Below are positions 60,292-60,879 of a stretch of DNA of 60,879 nucleotides, piece after piece. The notes below the pieces were generated by a model. That model was not told where the DNA came from and did no database searches. It worked only from the letters and a program-made list of their open reading frames with translations. Position 1 is the first letter of the stretch. Every line of letters begins with the position of its first letter. Both the position numbers and the translations under genes were made by a program. Source of the stretch: a virus (lineage: Duplodnaviria > Caudoviricetes); the IMG/VR virus record IMGVR_UViG_3300021378_000024, positions 1-60,879 of that record; one strand, 5' to 3'.

Positions 60292-60548
60292 CCACCAAAT
60301 ATGTCACCACTGGCGAACTAGCCGCCCACTTCAACGTCGCAAACGCGACGATCATGGCGATGTTGAAGTCCGGTGAAATCCCCGCCGGCACCTACATGCG
60401 GCTCGGCCGCGTCTTCCGCTTCGACCTCGAGAAGATCGAAGAGGCCCTCTTGACTCGTGCGGGTGCCACGGACGAAGCTGAACCCCCTGCCGAACCCGTG
60501 CAGTACGAGTTCGATTTTAACGACGAAGACGACACAGCCTACACATAA
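60288..60548 (+). CDS. Excisionase/MerR-like HTH DNA-binding protein
   Basis: VTTGELAAHFNV..TI..GEIP..RLGRVFRF. Confidence 0.8.
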   Translation: MTTKYVTTGELAAHFNVANATIMAMLKSGEIPAGTYMRLGRVFRFDLEKIEEALLTRAGATDEAEPPAEPVQYEFDFNDEDDTAYT

Positions 60549-60560
60549 GGAGAACCACCA

Positions 60561-60879
60561 ATGAGCGACCTCGACATCTTTAAGGGCAACGCACTCGTGA
60601 ACAGCGACCTGTTCCAGTCTCTGCTGGACATGAACAAGAAAATGGCCGGCGGAACGGCAAATGGCCGGCGGATCAGCATCCGCGGCAGCAAGTTCCGCAT
60701 GCTGGTTGGCGGCGAGCAGGTTTCGGTCAGCAAGTCCGATACAATGAACCTCGTGATCCTCAACGCCGCCGACATTGCCCGCACCTACTACGAAGGTGCC
60801 TTTGACGCCGAGAACCCGTCCGCACCGGCCTGCTGGTCGCTGGACACCCGTGCCCCTGCACCGGAGGTGCCGGAGGACA
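60561..60879 (+). CDS. 5' part of the putative ssDNA-binding protein (continues at 1..760)
   Basis: AGGAG SD and ATG 60561; RRISIRGSKFR; in frame with ATG 60744 (= position 14). Confidence 0.7.
   Translation, partial: MSDLDIFKGNALVNSDLFQSLLDMNKKMAGGTANGRRISIRGSKFRMLVGGEQVSVSKSDTMNLVILNAADIARTYYEGAFDAENPSAPACWSLDTRAPAPEVPED
60731..60879. repeat. Terminal direct repeat / circular overlap (copy 2)
   Basis: Matches 1-149. Confidence 0.95.

Noticed and set aside
60288-60548. Excisionase as evidence of an integration module
   Set aside because: No tyrosine or serine integrase or att-adjacent arrangement was found; such HTH genes are common in replication modules

Overview
The window is an essentially complete, circularly assembled ~60.7-kb dsDNA phage genome. 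Bases 1-149 recur at 60731-60879 with 2 mismatches. It looks like a GC-rich podovirus with no tape measure or sheath genes, and the host is plausibly an alphaproteobacterium (inference). The minus strand from ~39.3 kb down to 3.95 kb is one late operon. It runs TerS, TerL, portal, GroES, scaffold, major capsid, two mosaic lectin-like fibre proteins, a lysis cassette, small basic proteins, tail adaptors, a frameshifted tail fibre, a P22 gp10-like tail protein and four internal/ejection proteins, including a 2261-aa polyvalent protein with an HExxH motif. The plus strand from 39.7 kb through the end and on to 3.9 kb carries the early and replication genes: many small ORFs, a MoxR-AAA/DUF3150-like/vWA-peptidase triad, VRR-NUC, exonucleases, dCMP deaminase, family A DNA polymerase, SNF2 helicase, a putative SSB and a primase-helicase. 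No integrase, tRNA or CRISPR is evident. The most striking unexplained structure is a family of 17 copies of a 17-bp palindrome, TTATGC-N5-GCATAA, found only on the early/replication arm. Eleven copies sit immediately upstream of a ribosome-binding site. In many copies the variable 5-nt core covaries with the upstream flank to form a second, mutually exclusive TTA-loop hairpin. This suggests an undescribed gene-junction regulatory or cassette element. All product calls come from motif recognition and synteny; no database search was run.
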